Positions 1 to 13,791 of a stretch of 64,000 bases of DNA are shown piece by piece. The notes under the pieces were generated by a model. The model had not been told where the DNA came from and did not search any database. It saw only the letters and a program-made list of their open reading frames with translations. Within the stretch, counting starts at the first letter, position 1, and each line of letters opens with the position of its first letter. The translations under genes and the position numbers were made by a program. The stretch is from Ruditapes philippinarum (taxonomy: Eukaryota). Location: NCBI RefSeq assembly GCF_026571515.1, contig NW_026852595.1, forward strand, positions 124,001 to 188,000. The letters are read 5' to 3'.

Positions 1-1990
1 CATATACAACGCGTTGTTTGCGATCAGAGAGATAGGAAGTGAACCAGTTAAGAAGGGAGCCGTTTATTCCAATTGAGGTAAGCTTATGTAAGAGACCTCG
101 ATGCCATACTCGGTCGAATGCTTAAGAGATATCGCAAAACACAGCGCGAACCTCCAAGCCTTCATCAAGAGCCTTGCAGATATCGTTGTATATGTATGTA
201 ATTTGATTAATGGTGGAGTCACCTTTGATGAAACCGGATTGATAAGACGTGAGGAGGTTGTTGGTAATAATATAGTTGTACAAGTATTTGTGAATACACC
301 TCTCCATTAGTTTACCCAACAGCTTAAGATAGAAATGGGTCGGTAGTTCGAAGGCTTAGATGGGTCATTCTTTTTAAATATAGCAGTGACATTGGCTATT
401 TTCCAGGAGGTAGGAAAGGTACATTTTGTAAGTAATATGTTGAAAAAGTCAGCCAAAGGTTTAGACAGAACAGTAGATCCTTCTCTCAATAATCGGGGAT
501 GAATAAGATCTGGCCCACAGGCTTTCGATGGGTCAATTAACGAGATAGCATCTCTGACATCTTCTTCTGTAATTGTAATTTGGGGAAGAGATGAGTTTGT
601 ATGCAAATTCAGATTTGGGAGTTGTGTGTTTTGAGCGTCAATGTTTGATTGTGTACAAAAGAAATTATTTAGAAGTTCTACCTTCTCTTTGTCAGTATTT
701 GCAGAAATTCCGTTATCACAAAGAGGACTGGGATTGCTGGTTTTGATTGTTTTTGTGTGAAAGATTTTGTCAGTTTAAACCAAATTTTTCGTTGAAGTAT
801 TTGATGAGTTTATTTGTTCAATTAATTTATTTTTATATTCATTCTTACTTTTTCTTATTTGTTTGGTAACCGCATTTCTGATTGTTTCTAAATTGTTTGC
901 CAAGATAACTCTGTATTCATCTGTTTGCTTTTTGTGGGCCTTTTTTCGTTTTCTTATTAGTTTACGTTATTTTGTTGGTCATCCATGGAATATCATGTGG
1001 TCTTATTGTTACTATTTTGTTAGGAATATTGTTGTCTGCGGCATTTAATATGGTACTAGTTATTTGGTTGACTGTTTCATCTATATCATTGTCAATATTT
1101 ATTATGGATTGCCAGTCTGCTGAGTTTATTTCATTTCTGTAGCCAGAGTAATCACCCCTATCATAAAGCCATATTTTGCGTTTGTATGTGGTACCCTTTG
1201 GTTTCGAAAATTTCATTACTGATACGATTGGACAATGAAAACGAATAACATCTGGAATAAATGGGTCTGCAACAAAACTTGTTAAGATATGATTTGTGTT
1301 CTTTACAAACATTACATCGAGCAATGAGCAAGAGCTTTCTGTAAAGTGGGTTGGTGTAGTAATAAGTTGTTCTGCATTGTAAGAGGCTATAAGATTAGAC
1401 AGTTTGTTTGACAATTAGAATTTTAGAAGATTAATGTTTAAAATCGCCAGCAATCAGGATATTGTCAGATCTCTCAAAAAATGCTTGATCTATACACTGT
1501 CAAGAAGAAGCCAAATGCTGATTGTTAGAGTCTGGGGGTCTATAAATACCACCTAGAAAGAAGTTTACGACTGTTTATATCAAGTTCTACCATACACATT
1601 CGATACCACGTACAGATAAATCAGAATCTTGTATTAAATCTTAAGCCCTCTCTAACATAGATCGCTACTCCACCACCGACTCTGTCTGATCTGTCGCAAC
1701 GAACCGGGAGCATTGGAAATTTGGTATTTCAATGTCATTGTTATGCCACTTCAGGACGCAGCCAGGTTTTTCAGTAAAAAATAAGAATATCATATGGCTG
1801 TGTTTTCGAGTTCAAGTATATCAAAAGCTTAGGTCTAGACTCTGAATATTTAAAACACATAATACTTAACCCACTATTTATTAAGCTCAGAAATAGAAGA
1901 TGCAAAAGATAGTCCGGTGCTGGAGTTGCTTTCAACAGATGGACCAGGATTACAATGAATATCCCCAGCACAAAATTAATATAATTGAAA
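1..1990 (-). mobile_element. Degraded APE-type non-LTR retrotransposon ORF2 (CR1/L2-like): endonuclease plus N-terminal half of reverse transcriptase, running off the window start
   Basis: Frameshifted minus-strand fragments read in order: GDIHCNPGP (1940-1966), GLSIM..QPYDILIF, GGGVAIYVRE (~1650-1680), EQLITTPTHFTESSCSLLDVMFV and RKIWLYDRGDY (962-1414), KACGPDLIHPRLL..WKIANVTAIFKKNDPSKPSNYRPISILS (307-606), YQSGFIKGDSTINQ..VFCDIS (122-319). Confidence 0.92.
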
Positions 1991-3999
1991 GCCAGTGAGG
2001 AAGTATAAATACAGAGTAAAAAAGGGTGATGATATCCAATGTGTATTTGTCAATTGCTTCCAGGTTCTGTCTGATGACACTGTCGTATTGCATGCATAAA
2101 CGATATCATGGGGGATGGTATCTAACAACATTTAAATGAGGTATCAGAGACAGAACTGAGGATATATATGTTTTTATGTGTCACAATCCTCCACGAAAAA
2201 TACCGTGTGCAGGTACATTAAAAAAGAAACTTATAAAAAAATGAAAATAAAAAATGAATCAATGGTAGTCATAAATAAGAGTGTTGGTGCAGCGTTAATT
2301 ATAAAGATACTACGGAAATGTGTCTTGGAAATTATAAGCATTGTATTTTTCTTTAGTGCCAATAAAATAACTGTTTCCTATTAAATTATATTAAGTCTGT
2401 AGCAAAAATGCATGATATGTTTCCTATAAAATTTTATATAAGTCTGTAGCAAAAATGCATGATATGAAATAATACTGATACAAGAAGGGACAATAACTAA
2501 CATTTACAAAATATGACACAACAATTGGCATTATTTACAAAGAAGAAATCATATACATGAAACAAAAAAATACAAGTAATTGAGTTAAGCATGGATACAT
2601 TGATTTTTTTTTTGAAAAATGTTTTTGTTTCTTGTTAAAATTTTAATTTAAAAGAGATGTAAAGACTTAGTATTTTATGTTTTTTATGCAATTGAAACTC
2701 GTTACCAAAAATGACTTTGCTTTTTTAAATTTAAAGAAAGGACAATATTTATTAGTTCAACAAAAAATAAGAGAAAAAAAATATTATATAAAATTTTGGC
2801 AGTATAAGTCCAATATCAAAAACAAGAAATAACAAGTTAAAACAACATGGTAAAGACTAATAAAACTTTATCATCCTTAAATTAGTATTCAGTTCAAAAT
2901 AATTTTATTCAGAATCGACGAAGTTTGAAGAAGAAAAATTATTGCCTGGTACAGTAATTTATGAGTTTTGGCGCCTATTTTACATGGCTTTAAAGAAGAA
3001 TAAGATCATTTAATCATTTGCAAAAAGTAAATGGTTCAATATTAAAGCGGTACTGAAAAAAAGCAATAGAAAAAACAAACAAAAACACGAGACAGGATAA
3101 GATCATTTTACAAAACAACGGTTCAATATTAAAGTGGTACAGAGAAAAAAAAAAAAAAGAAAAAGCCATATTAAAAAACAAACAAACACGAGACAACAGT
3201 AAAAAATGAAATTAGATAATTGTAATCATTTACATAATTATATGACAGGTATGTAAAGACAATTCAATACTTTTTACACTAGGGGGCGTGGAAAAAAACA
3301 ACAAAACAACAAAAACAAAAAACAGGGATTACAAGTTTGTGAAACACGAATATAATGTTGATTATTTTCCATGTGTTTTATATTTCATGATATATATATA
3401 ACGAGAGAACTTATAATTTTACAAAGTAGGTCGGGAAACATCATAGACAGGACAATTTGCGTGTAGTTGAACTAAGTCAAGGGAATCAATCCTAATAACA
3501 AAAAATTGAAGTAAGCAATTGGTTGTGTTCCTTATATTTCGTCAAGCGCACCGTCTATCATAATTATACAATCAATATTTTTACTGAATAAACATCGTTT
3601 TTAATTTGAATTGTTTTAAGAATTATTGGTTATAAATATTTTCCCGTGACATTTTATTAAAAATGAGATATTCACTGTAATGAAAAAAATAATATATTAA
3701 AAAATTAAACTACAGCGTTATATTAGAATTTACAAGAAGAAAATTAGTATTATAATTCGTATTAAGGATTCTAAGGCCTTTCTTTAAACGGGAAAGAAAA
3801 TAATAAGCTGGTATATTCGTAACGGGGGTCAGTTTTGTGAAATCTTTGACTACTGTTATAAAAATGTAAACAACTCAACCGGTAAAAATGAATCGTAAAT
3901 TCAAACACACTGGATGATCAAAACACAAACAAGACACAACGTGACAATACTATATTTTACAACGCTAAGCCGTCCAAACATTATAACTTTGACAGGAAA

Positions 4000-6900
4000 G
4001 AGTCTAAGTCTTTCTTTGTTTCTAAAATGCGTGCTTTGTTTGTCAGAACTTGTCCTTTTATCATTATTAACACCGTCTACGGTCCATGTTCCGCTCACAA
4101 TCTTGGTCTTTGGACTAATATCGAGTCTGTTGAAAGCAGGCTACGTGTACAATGTGTAAGGTCTCAATTGGAGGTACACGCCTTAAAACTTTGAGAACTT
4201 TTAAATTTGGCTTTTATTGCTCAGAAGTTTTAGATCTAGCAACGATACTCACAAATTTTACGAAATGGATGTTCCCTGGTTTCATATTTGAAACGTAGCT
4301 GGAATTGCTTTGCCCTGTGCGAACCCGAATCCCAAGTCGTCAATGGTAAATTCTCAGCCCCAACTGCCCCAGCGACATCAAAGCAACGATTTGGTCTGTG
4401 GATTCGCCACTTTTTTTCTGGTACGCCCACTAATGCGTAACAAGTTACGCCGTGAGTTACTGTCCGATCTGTTTGTTTAGCCTCCGTTACCAAAAGAGCC
4501 GGGGTTTCGAGTCTCGGACACTCGCTTTTCAAAGGTTTTATTTTCAGCTTCAAATACCTCTAACTTTTAGAGTTGGATTTTCGACAAACCACCATTAATA
4601 ACATCCTCCCCTTGTTTAGGGGGGGGCGGTCTGAAAAAGGGTTTTAAGAAGCGGGGCTTTTTTTCATGAGGGGCTTTTTTCACGGGGGTTTTTGTGTTAT
4701 GGTTCATCCATTTTGAAATTTTTTGGGCTGTGATCTGAAATTTCTTTTTCGTTATTTATCAAAAAGGGGGACGAGGTTTTCCCTTTTTTTTCTTTTAGAA
4801 AACACTGGGTGCTTTGTTTACCCTTTGTTTCACTTTATTCAACTAAAGGGTTAGCTTTGGTTTTGGTGGTATTTTTCAAAAAATTTGTCACGTTTAAAAA
4901 TATGTCAAGTCCCATATTAACGGTTTGTTTGTTCTATATGATTAAATTATTGGTATGAATGTTTAATAGCTATTAATGGAGCGCGACATAGGAAAAATTC
5001 AAATCAAAGTTTACTTGCTCACCTTTATGTATATAAAATTTTGCTTTTGACCAAAGTAAACATATTGAAAGGTTCATTTCCGTCAAGAAATTATATATTT
5101 TCCTAAAAAAGACACTTATCAAGCAAAATTTGTTCGCGCACTTTTTTCAACCCTCCATTATTCTAACCGGGACCTGATTTTTTGAAATGGTCATCTTAAG
5201 TTGCTACAATTGTTCCTTTAAACGAGCATTGTAAAACTGGCAAATATCTTTTACCAACAAAAAAGTGTTTAGGACTCTGGGGCTTTTAACTTTTCTTTCC
5301 CTTCTGAAATTTAAAAATAACAATGAATAAATTTCGGAATTTCGGTTGTCTTTAATTGCATTTCCCATATTCGTAGCGAAAGGTATAAATGGATTTGTTG
5401 TACGGGTTTCGGTGCTCCTTGTATTAGTTATGTAAATTTTGTTGTTTTTCTTAACGAGTAAATTTGTTGTTTCTGAAACAGCTAATGGAAATATGTTTTC
5501 AAGGTATTGTGGAAAGGGGACCTTAAACAGGTACTTTATTTTGATTTTACGCCTGGTTCTGAAGGGGGAAACCCACCCAAACTTTTTTAATAGCGAAATT
5601 GATCGATTTACCGACCGGGTAAGCCTGTTACTATGCTCGCTGGCATCATCTGTAGTTTTTCAAAATTGATTTGTTTTTCGAATATTACTGTACTCCGTCC
5701 CACACAACGGAGGGCTTTCTTCTAATATTGGACCATGTATTGAAATGTAAATTTTTTATTTGGTGGAGCGTTTTAGTTTAAACTTAAGTGCACGCTGGTA
5801 CCCAAAAAACTTTTAGAGGCTGGTGTCAATAATGTTTACCAAATATGCTGATGCCATTTTTAAAATCGGGTTGAAAAGTTTTTCCTAATGTTTTGTGATG
5901 ATCTTACAAACAAGAACTTATCATTAAAAGTTTCAGGTAGGCTTGTCCCGGATGTAGTTGATTTTTGAAAAAAAAAACTTAACCTCCGTTTTTTGGGATT
6001 TAAACTTACAAGCCTTGTTTTTGGACCATTCATCGATAATTTCGGGATTTCCGTGACTTAAAAGTGATTTCTTGTAGCGATGTTCATTGGAATGAAAACG
6101 GCCAATGAGCTGTTCATCCTGCGAAAAGACGTGTTTACTTTATCCCAAATTTTCTGGCAATTCTTAACAAGATTGAGAAATAAAAGAGGCCCAAAAGGGC
6201 CGATCCCTTGGGGTACGCCTTGCAGAGATGTCAAGTGTTTCGGACAGTTCTGAACCCTACAAAGACGGAACTGTTTTCTTCAGAGGGTAGTCGATAGTCC
6301 CTCAAAATTTAATAAATTTACCATAATAACCATACAGTGTAAGTTTAAAAAAAAGACCTTTGATGCCAGGACTCTGTCAAAAGCTTTGATATGTCACAAA
6401 ATTATACTGTATATTTTTTTTGTCAAATGTTCACAAATTTGTGTAAATGTCAATAAGCTGATTCCGTGATGTCAGGGAATAAAACCAGCTTGTAAATGGG
6501 ACTAGATTAAAAAATTTTTGAGTGTAGATGATTGTAAATATGTTTAAAGATAAACCCTTTTCCATTTAAACTTTACCTACACAGCTAATCAATGAGTTAG
6601 GTCTATAATTTGATGGCGGTTTTTTTTACTTTTTTAAAAGTGGCAATTTCCTTTTTGCAAATTTTCCAAGTTTTTTGGATAATATTCAGAGAGGAGGGGG
6701 CCTACTAAACAATATGTTAAAAGGATAAACATTTACTGATCGGTTTCTTTTAATAATTTATGCTTATTTGATTCAGGCCCGACTGCTTTATTTACGGCAA
6801 AAGTTAGTTGTCTAAAATTCTTTGATATTTAAGCTTAAAATCTTCTAAAATTGTTATTTGATTTGTAAACCAATTCCGGAAGATGAGTAGCTGATGGTCA

Positions 6901-8300
6901 ATTTTTTGAAACGGGAAGTAAAGTATTCATTTTAAGCAGTTGGCCCTTTTCGGTCAGTTGTGAAAATGTTTTTCATTATTTTTTTCATTTAATGATAAGA
7001 GATTGATTATTGAACTAAAACGCAGTAGAGGTTTTTTTATCGTAATTGGATGTTTTCCAATATTGCCTCGGATTAATTTTACTGATTTCCTTCTAAACGA
7101 GTTATTCTAAATTATTAAAAAGATTCTTTAGCGTGAGTTTTTAGTTTATGACTTTTTACGGAGGACGTTTAAAAGGCATTTCCATCATTTAAAAATTATT
7201 TAATTGGCTTTTTTTTACTCCGATACGTTGTCTTGTGTTCTACGATTTCCGAAGTCATACCAGGGGCTTATTTTTGGTTGATTTGTTCCAAACCGCGTGG
7301 GAATAACCTCTTTTCTAGGTTAAAAGGTAGTGCTGTAAAAGGTTCACTGGGCCTTATGGAACGGAGATCTTATTAAAAAAACCCAGTCTGTTGACTTATA
7401 AGGTTTTTTTAACGTTTGAAAATCCACGTTATAGATCCCAAACGGTCTTTTTACGTATTAAATGGTTCCATGTATGTTTTTTTGATAAAAAAACTTAAGT
7501 TCCATATTTCATCACTTATTTCTTCGCGGGTGTATGAAATAATTGCCAGGGAATGATAAACGTGGGATATTATTGGAAATAGCTATTGGGATTAAATTAA
7601 AGTTGAGGGGAATTGGGTCCGGTTACACGTGTGGGTTTCTGTAAATTAGATTTGCAGATTGTTTAATTTAATATAAAATATCTTTTGAAATTTGTAATTA
7701 TTTAAGTTTTCAGTTTGGTCTTCGTTTCAATCACCTCTAAAATAACCTTAATCACATTGTTCAATAGCCTTTTCCTCATATATTAAGTTTTTTTTCCAAA
7801 ATTCTACAGATGAGTTGGGTGCCTTTTAAATAGTGATCATAAAGGTATTTCGAATGTTTATTTCTTAATTAAATCCCTAAATTGATTCCCTGTAAAAAAA
7901 ATCTTTCCAGTTCTGATTTACGTTTTAGATATTTAAGGTGGGTCAGAAACATAAACTAAAATTTTCCCCGAGTGGTATGTTCATCCTTGCGATAAACCGT
8001 TACGGAACGATTCTAAAGAAAACCGGTTTTCATTTAGAAACCGAATTTGTCAAATGTTGTTTTCAGTTTAAACCTTAGCTATATTCAAAATCGAGTCATT
8101 ATCTTTTATGTAACTTAGGCTTATTTTCTAAATACTTTTATGTTTTTGGACTATAAATTTGATAGACCCAATTTTCGTCATTTTTTCACTGGACCGGATT
8201 TTTTTCAATGTCACCTCACCAAAAAATAATTAAGCTTTTTATTTGGTATATAAGATTTTCCAGATTTAAAAAAATAAGTATCTGAATATGATGCAATTTT
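4000..8300 (+). mobile_element. Probable heavily degraded L1/Tx1-like LINE in low-quality sequence
   Basis: Scattered motif remnants only: LIAINGARHRK (~4963-4995, like the endonuclease start motif LNINGAR), EIDRF (ORF 5439-5669, like SRIDRF), and a weak KKAF-like remnant near 7165. No long ORF survives; boundaries are approximate. Confidence 0.35.
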
Positions 8301-10149
8301 CATTAAAAAGTATCAAAATATATCTTATGCAACCCCCAAGGCCAATAACGTTAGAAAAACAGACATTATGTCCTACCACTTATAATTACTAATGCCAGTA
8401 GAAGTTAAACATTTACTGTTGTAAGCGAAAAAATAATGTAGACATTCCGTTTACATGTTATTCACTGGGAACTATTAGAATTATACAAACTTCTTAATTC
8501 CCTTGACTTTACCGTTATTAAATTAACCCAATTCGCCTCCGCCATGCTACACACAAATTACCCCATTAGGAAAAAGAAAAAACCAAATTTTAAAAAAATC
8601 ATGACAGATGACGATTGTTTTTTCCAAAAAAAAAAAACAAACTACGGACCAGACGGACACAATCCCGTTATCAAAACAACATAACAAATGCTTTGGATCC
8701 AAATAAAACCCCAAATTGTCAAAAAGAATTATACAAAAAGTATACATAAAACAAGGACATTTCTAGTCCAGATAAAGAAAGAAAGGGGGAAAATGGTGTT
8801 GAGCAAAAAAGCGGGAATTTTATGATTATACTTTATATTTAAATTAAATTTTGAATCAAATTAAAAAAATTGTCTTTAATTAACATTGTACTTTTATCAT
8901 GAAAACGAATATTTATTTTTTTATAATCAAGATTGAAATGTTTTGAATTGTTGATCAAAATGAATAAAACAAACAAGAAAATTTAACATAAACAAAAATG
9001 TTCCTTATACATTTATTACATTTCGTTTTACAAGCAACACTAAAATGTGAAATTGAAAAATTTGACTGTTCAGCGGTGAAGGAAGTTTGTTCTCTTAAAA
9101 AATATAAGTGAAACTCAAATTACATATAGTAGCTAGTTTTTGATAGTAATTATTTTATTAAGGCAAGAAAAACCTTTATTAAACAGTGTGCGTATTTATT
9201 GACGTGAAAAAAATTCTACACAATTTTATATAAAATTATATGCAACAGGCAATAAATTGTAATAATACAGATGTATATGTACTTGTTTAAAAAAAAAGGT
9301 TCAATGTTGCTCAATATTTATTACAGTGCATGTGATCGAATTTACAATCATGCAATAATATTAATTTACCAAACCCCAAATTTTTAACAAGTGCATGTGA
9401 TCGAATTTACAATGAAATATTAATATTTACACAAACAAAGAATTTAACTAAGATATACAATCAGCGGTTGCAAGTTGAATCTCTTTTCATTAAAAAAATG
9501 AGTGACATTTTTGTATTTATGTTGTTTTTAAAAATTTTTTACAAAAATAACCGGGACGTGCGTAATCATGATTTTCTATTTTGAACCGTTATTTCATTGA
9601 GATATTTGTACAATTTAAAGTTTTTCATGGGTATGCAAAAAAAATTTCGAAACCCCGGAAAAATCTTTTTGTGTTTAAAAGAAAAAAGGGGGAAAAAGGA
9701 TTTTTATGTTGGGTATGGATATTTCAAAATTTAAAATTTGTGGGGGTATTTTTTATCAAATTTTTGGTTTAAAAAAGCTCGGGGATATTAAAAAAACTGT
9801 ATTTTTGACCCTTTTACTTGGTGTAATGAATTTTAAAAGTACCCAAAAAAAGCATTGGGGTACAGAAAATAAAAATACATTTAATTTTTCAGGGAGAAAT
9901 TTTTTAAAAATTGGGTTTGTTTTTAGTAAAGAAGGGATAGATAATCTTGAAACATATAAACAGATGGATTCCCCCTTGATATAATGTTCACACCAAAATT
10001 ACTTTATTAGTCTATCTAAAAGTTTTATCAAGGTGGCTTTATTTCCACAAAGTTATCTTTTTATAAGTTATCTAAGTTTATTCATCTTTACTCTGATTTG
10101 TTGTTGGTTCATGGCTGGGAATGTGGGACATGGTTGTTCTGTTTCGACC

Positions 10150-10590
10150 CAAAGGACTGTTAAGCATTTTGTCCTGATGGGTCCGGCAAGATGAACTCGA
10201 TATACTCCCAAATGTCTGATGGAGTAATTTATCTTGGGGGTTTCACTCTACTAAAAAGATCGGGGCCTCAAGAGGTCCAGAAACTCTCTATATATTTATG
10301 CTCCTCCTTATGCAATTTCTAACTGTTGCCACTTAAAACTTGCCTTTTCTTGGTAAAGGTCTTCTGTTATAAACACTTTGAACGTATAGACTTGTGATTT
10401 TTAGATGCGATTTAGATTTGTATACTTGTTGTTTTGTTTTCCAATGTTTAAATTTGCACAAGATTTGTCCATAGCCATCCCTGACTGGGACAATAAGGTG
10501 TGATCTATCTATATCATTAGTAGTGATGGGTGGGCTGACATTCAATTTTTCGTTGCATATAGAAACAACCACCTGGTCAGTATCTAGTTG
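10150..10590 (-). mobile_element. LINE ORF1 fragment (L1-type RRM / Transposase_22-like)
   Basis: ORF 10333-10572 contains DIDRSHLI...GQILCKFKHWKTKQQVYKSKSHLK, matching the IDRSHR..PIIVKF..K..VY pattern of invertebrate LINE ORF1 proteins. Confidence 0.65.
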
Positions 10591-11134
10591 GTGAACTCCC
10601 TTATGTATTATGTTTGCATCACAGGCATATCGGATAAAGGATATATATAATCAGGTATATATTGAACATATTGAAAAATGCATTATCACCGGTTCTGATA
10701 TTTTTTCAGAATTATAATTAATCTCGATTTCATGTTTTAAATTTTTTTTTTTTATATGAACTATTTCAACAGCAAATAAGTTGACATTTCATTTGCTAAT
10801 AGATACATTAATTTCCACATCTTCTTTAAAAATGATCTCAGCTAGTGTTAGGTCCGTGATCTTAAGTTCTTAAACAAGTATCTTTTCCATGCCTTTTTAT
10901 GACATTCTTCGCCACAAAGCTATAAGTCATCTTTTCTATATTTGTTAAAAGCAATATCATATAATTTTCTACCGTTTACCTTGATCTAACTCGGTATTGT
11001 CTATGAACTTCTACTATATTTCTCTGTAGGGCGAAGAATTTTCTGCCCTACGCAGATTGCATATGCGCGAGAAAATTCTAATTCCGGTCGATTTTTCATA
11101 GCAACGGACCGCGTCGTAAAAGGGTCTATACCTA

Positions 11135-11330
11135 TGTGGGTTCAAATCTCGCCTAGGTCTTTCTTTCGGGAAGCTATCCAGTTAGATTTTAAAACGTTGG
11201 TGGTACGACATGGGTCGTGCCAGAAATAATGGACGTATTGGACACTCGATGTCTTCATCCACAAGAAAAGCTGGAAAGTCGCCATATGACCTCTACTGTG
11301 TTTATGCGACGTAAAAACCTAATAAAAATT
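11135..11330 (+). mobile_element. tRNA-derived SINE, degraded copy
   Basis: B-box-like GGTTCAAATC, then AAGCTATCCAG...AAAGCTGGAAAGTCGCCATATGACC...GCGACGTAAAA, colinear with the copy at 59220-59483. Confidence 0.75.
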
Positions 11331-12411
11331 ATTTTAAGTCTATTCAAAGTGTATTTGTTAAAAATAGATGTTAAGAATTGTAAATCTTTGTTTCATTTTA
11401 TGAACTAAAATGCAAATATCTTTGCTATATTTCAGGACTTCAGAAGCGATTTTTGATGAAATGTTCAGTCGTTTATAACCTTATGTTGTTTTCCAGTTAG
11501 GTTACGTACATAGAAAATAAGATTGATAATTTCATTATGACATTATCAAATCTATAGCACTGTCGTCTTTTTGAAAATTTAAAGAAAGACAAGTATTACT
11601 TATGATCATAAACCTGAATAATTATGAAACATTTAACCCTACCATTGTTTTACGAAAGCTATTGTTATTTTAACACACAAACGTTTCTGTAGGAACATGT
11701 AGACTGCACAGTCCTTGCAGCTTTATCTTATCTTATCTTAGCTTATCTTAAACATTTAGCTTTATTGCATAATGTGACGTCACATGGTGTTTTTTTTATT
11801 TATCGAGGCTTATTGAGGGACATGTATTATTTTTATAGTATACAACGTCAAACCGATAAAATACCTACATAATTATGTACACTTCGCATAGTATGCGAAC
11901 AACAAAAACAACAACAAAAACAAAACAAAAACAATAAAAAAGAAGGAAAATAAAAACAACAAAGCAACAATTTATTAGCATATATGGTCGGACGAACCAT
12001 ATGAATATCATGCCAACAAAGAAAATATCTGGCTGCTATTTTGATAAGAACATGCACTTTTAATTATAAACATTGTACTGATTTAAATCACATGTATAAA
12101 TATCTTTTTTTATTGTTTTCATAATAAGTTATGGTGTTAATTCATTCTACATGTATTTCTAATAGCTACTTGACTTTACGATCTCATCGTAGTTATAAAT
12201 ACAAAAAAAAAGCTTTAGAAATGTGTATTTTATATATGATATGTTCTGGTTATAAATAGAAATAAGACTTAACACTGTCTCACTTCTAACTCGATTCGAC
12301 GTGACACTTGTTCTTCTCCGCTCGTTATATCCATTATTGCCAATTTGAATTTGCACCCGCCATATATTTTGTTGCAATATTCTACTCGCGTGTCCGTTTG
12401 CCCCTTAAGTG

Positions 12412-12498
12412 ATGGACGGAGGTGCACCCAAGGTGTCTCTGGAAAGTCGCCGTATGAACTATATTGTGTTGGTGTGACGTAAAACACAACCAATAACA
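12412..12498 (+). mobile_element. 3' fragment of the same SINE family
   Basis: GCACCCAAGG...CTGGAAAGTCGCCGTATGAACTATATTGTGTTGGTGTGACGTAAAAC. Confidence 0.7.
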
Positions 12499-12683
12499 AA
12501 AATACTGACAATACAATTTGATCTAACATCTAAAATAGATAAAGATAAAGTGGCAGTATAATCAAGTTACTATAATTCACTGGTCACGACAATTGCCTCA
12601 CTTGTTGAAATATACTCTTAGGAGAGAAATCTGTAACAGGGGCAGGAATTTCGCATATCTTCAGGTATAAAAGATGAATACAG

Positions 12684-13791
12684 TTATTGTCCCCCGCCTT
12701 TTCGAAGAAAAAGGGGGGTATATAAATAGTCTCCGTCCGTCCGTCTGTCCATCCGCACTCACAGGACAGTAATTATGTGGCTAGAGGGACAATAGGTAAC
12801 TGTTCTTTCTCCTTGATGTCATTCATTCCGAAATGCTTTTATGTGGCTATTTTCTTTTGTGCGGCTAAAAAGAACAATAGAGAGAACAATAGAGTAGCCA
12901 CATTATTACTCTCCTGTTAGAACTTCAGTCTGTCCGTCCGTCACACTTTCGTGTCCGGTCCATAACTTTGTCATTTATCAAAGGAATTTGAAATAACTTG
13001 GCACAAATGTTTGTTATAATAAGACGATGTGTCATGCGCAACAACCAGACCCCTACCTCCAGGGTCAAGGTCGCACTTGCTCATTCAAGGTCAACATTGT
13101 CTATTTGAGGGTATATGTCGTGTCCGGTCCATAACTTTCTTATCTTTGAAGGGATTTTGTAAATACTTGCCACAATTGTTCACAATAATAAGACGATGTG
13201 TCATGCGCAACAACCGGTCACCTACCTCCAAGGTCAAGGTCACACTTGGAGGTCAAAGATTAACATAGTCTGTTATAGGGTATATTTTGTGTCCGGTCCA
13301 TAACTTTTTCATAGATCAAAGGATTTTGAAAATACTTGGCACAAATAGTCACTATATTAAGACAATGTGTCATGCGCAACACCTGCATCCCTACCTCCAA
13401 GGTCAAAGTCTCTCTTAGAGGTCAAAAATTAACATAGTCTGTTATAGGGTATATTTTGTGTCCGATCTATAACTCAAGGGATTTTGAAAATACTTGGCAC
13501 AAATAGTTACAATAACAAGACGATATGTCATGCATAACACTTGCACCCCTACCTCCAAGGTCAAGGTCACACTTAGAGGTCAAAGTCAAACATGATAGAT
13601 TTTTAAATTCCATGTTTCATTTTATTTCATTAATAAATTTATTATAGCATTTGCAGATCTAGCAATGATCATAATTTTGCACTGAAAGTCCTGAGATTCA
13701 TACCTCAATCTTTTGATATAGCACAATTTTATCCTTCATATAAAACTTCCCTGAGGCGGGGGACATTGGTAACTCTGTTACAAATTCTTGT
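12684..13791 (+). mobile_element. Non-autonomous Helentron-type (HINE/pearl-like) element with 169-bp internal tandem repeats
   Basis: Subterminal inverted repeats TGTCCCCCGCC (12688) and GGCGGGGGACA (13755), (TCCG)n microsatellite, GTCCG(G/A)TC motif at 12953/13122/13291/13460 (period 169), terminal hairpin followed by TCTTGT. Confidence 0.8.

Noticed and set aside
2370-3200. Small local tandem duplications (~47 bp near 2370-2466 and ~95 bp near 3000-3195)
   Set aside because: Ordinary slippage duplications in AT-rich, low-quality sequence
3276-3291. CTCF-like motif ACACTAGGGGGCGTGG, with a similar CTAGGGGGCGTGG in each 630-bp unit
   Set aside because: A partial match to a short motif cannot support a regulatory call without ChIP or conservation data
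12269-12529. 86-aa ORF with an apparent signal peptide
   Set aside because: The N-terminal half is the antisense of a SINE fragment; no supporting gene structure
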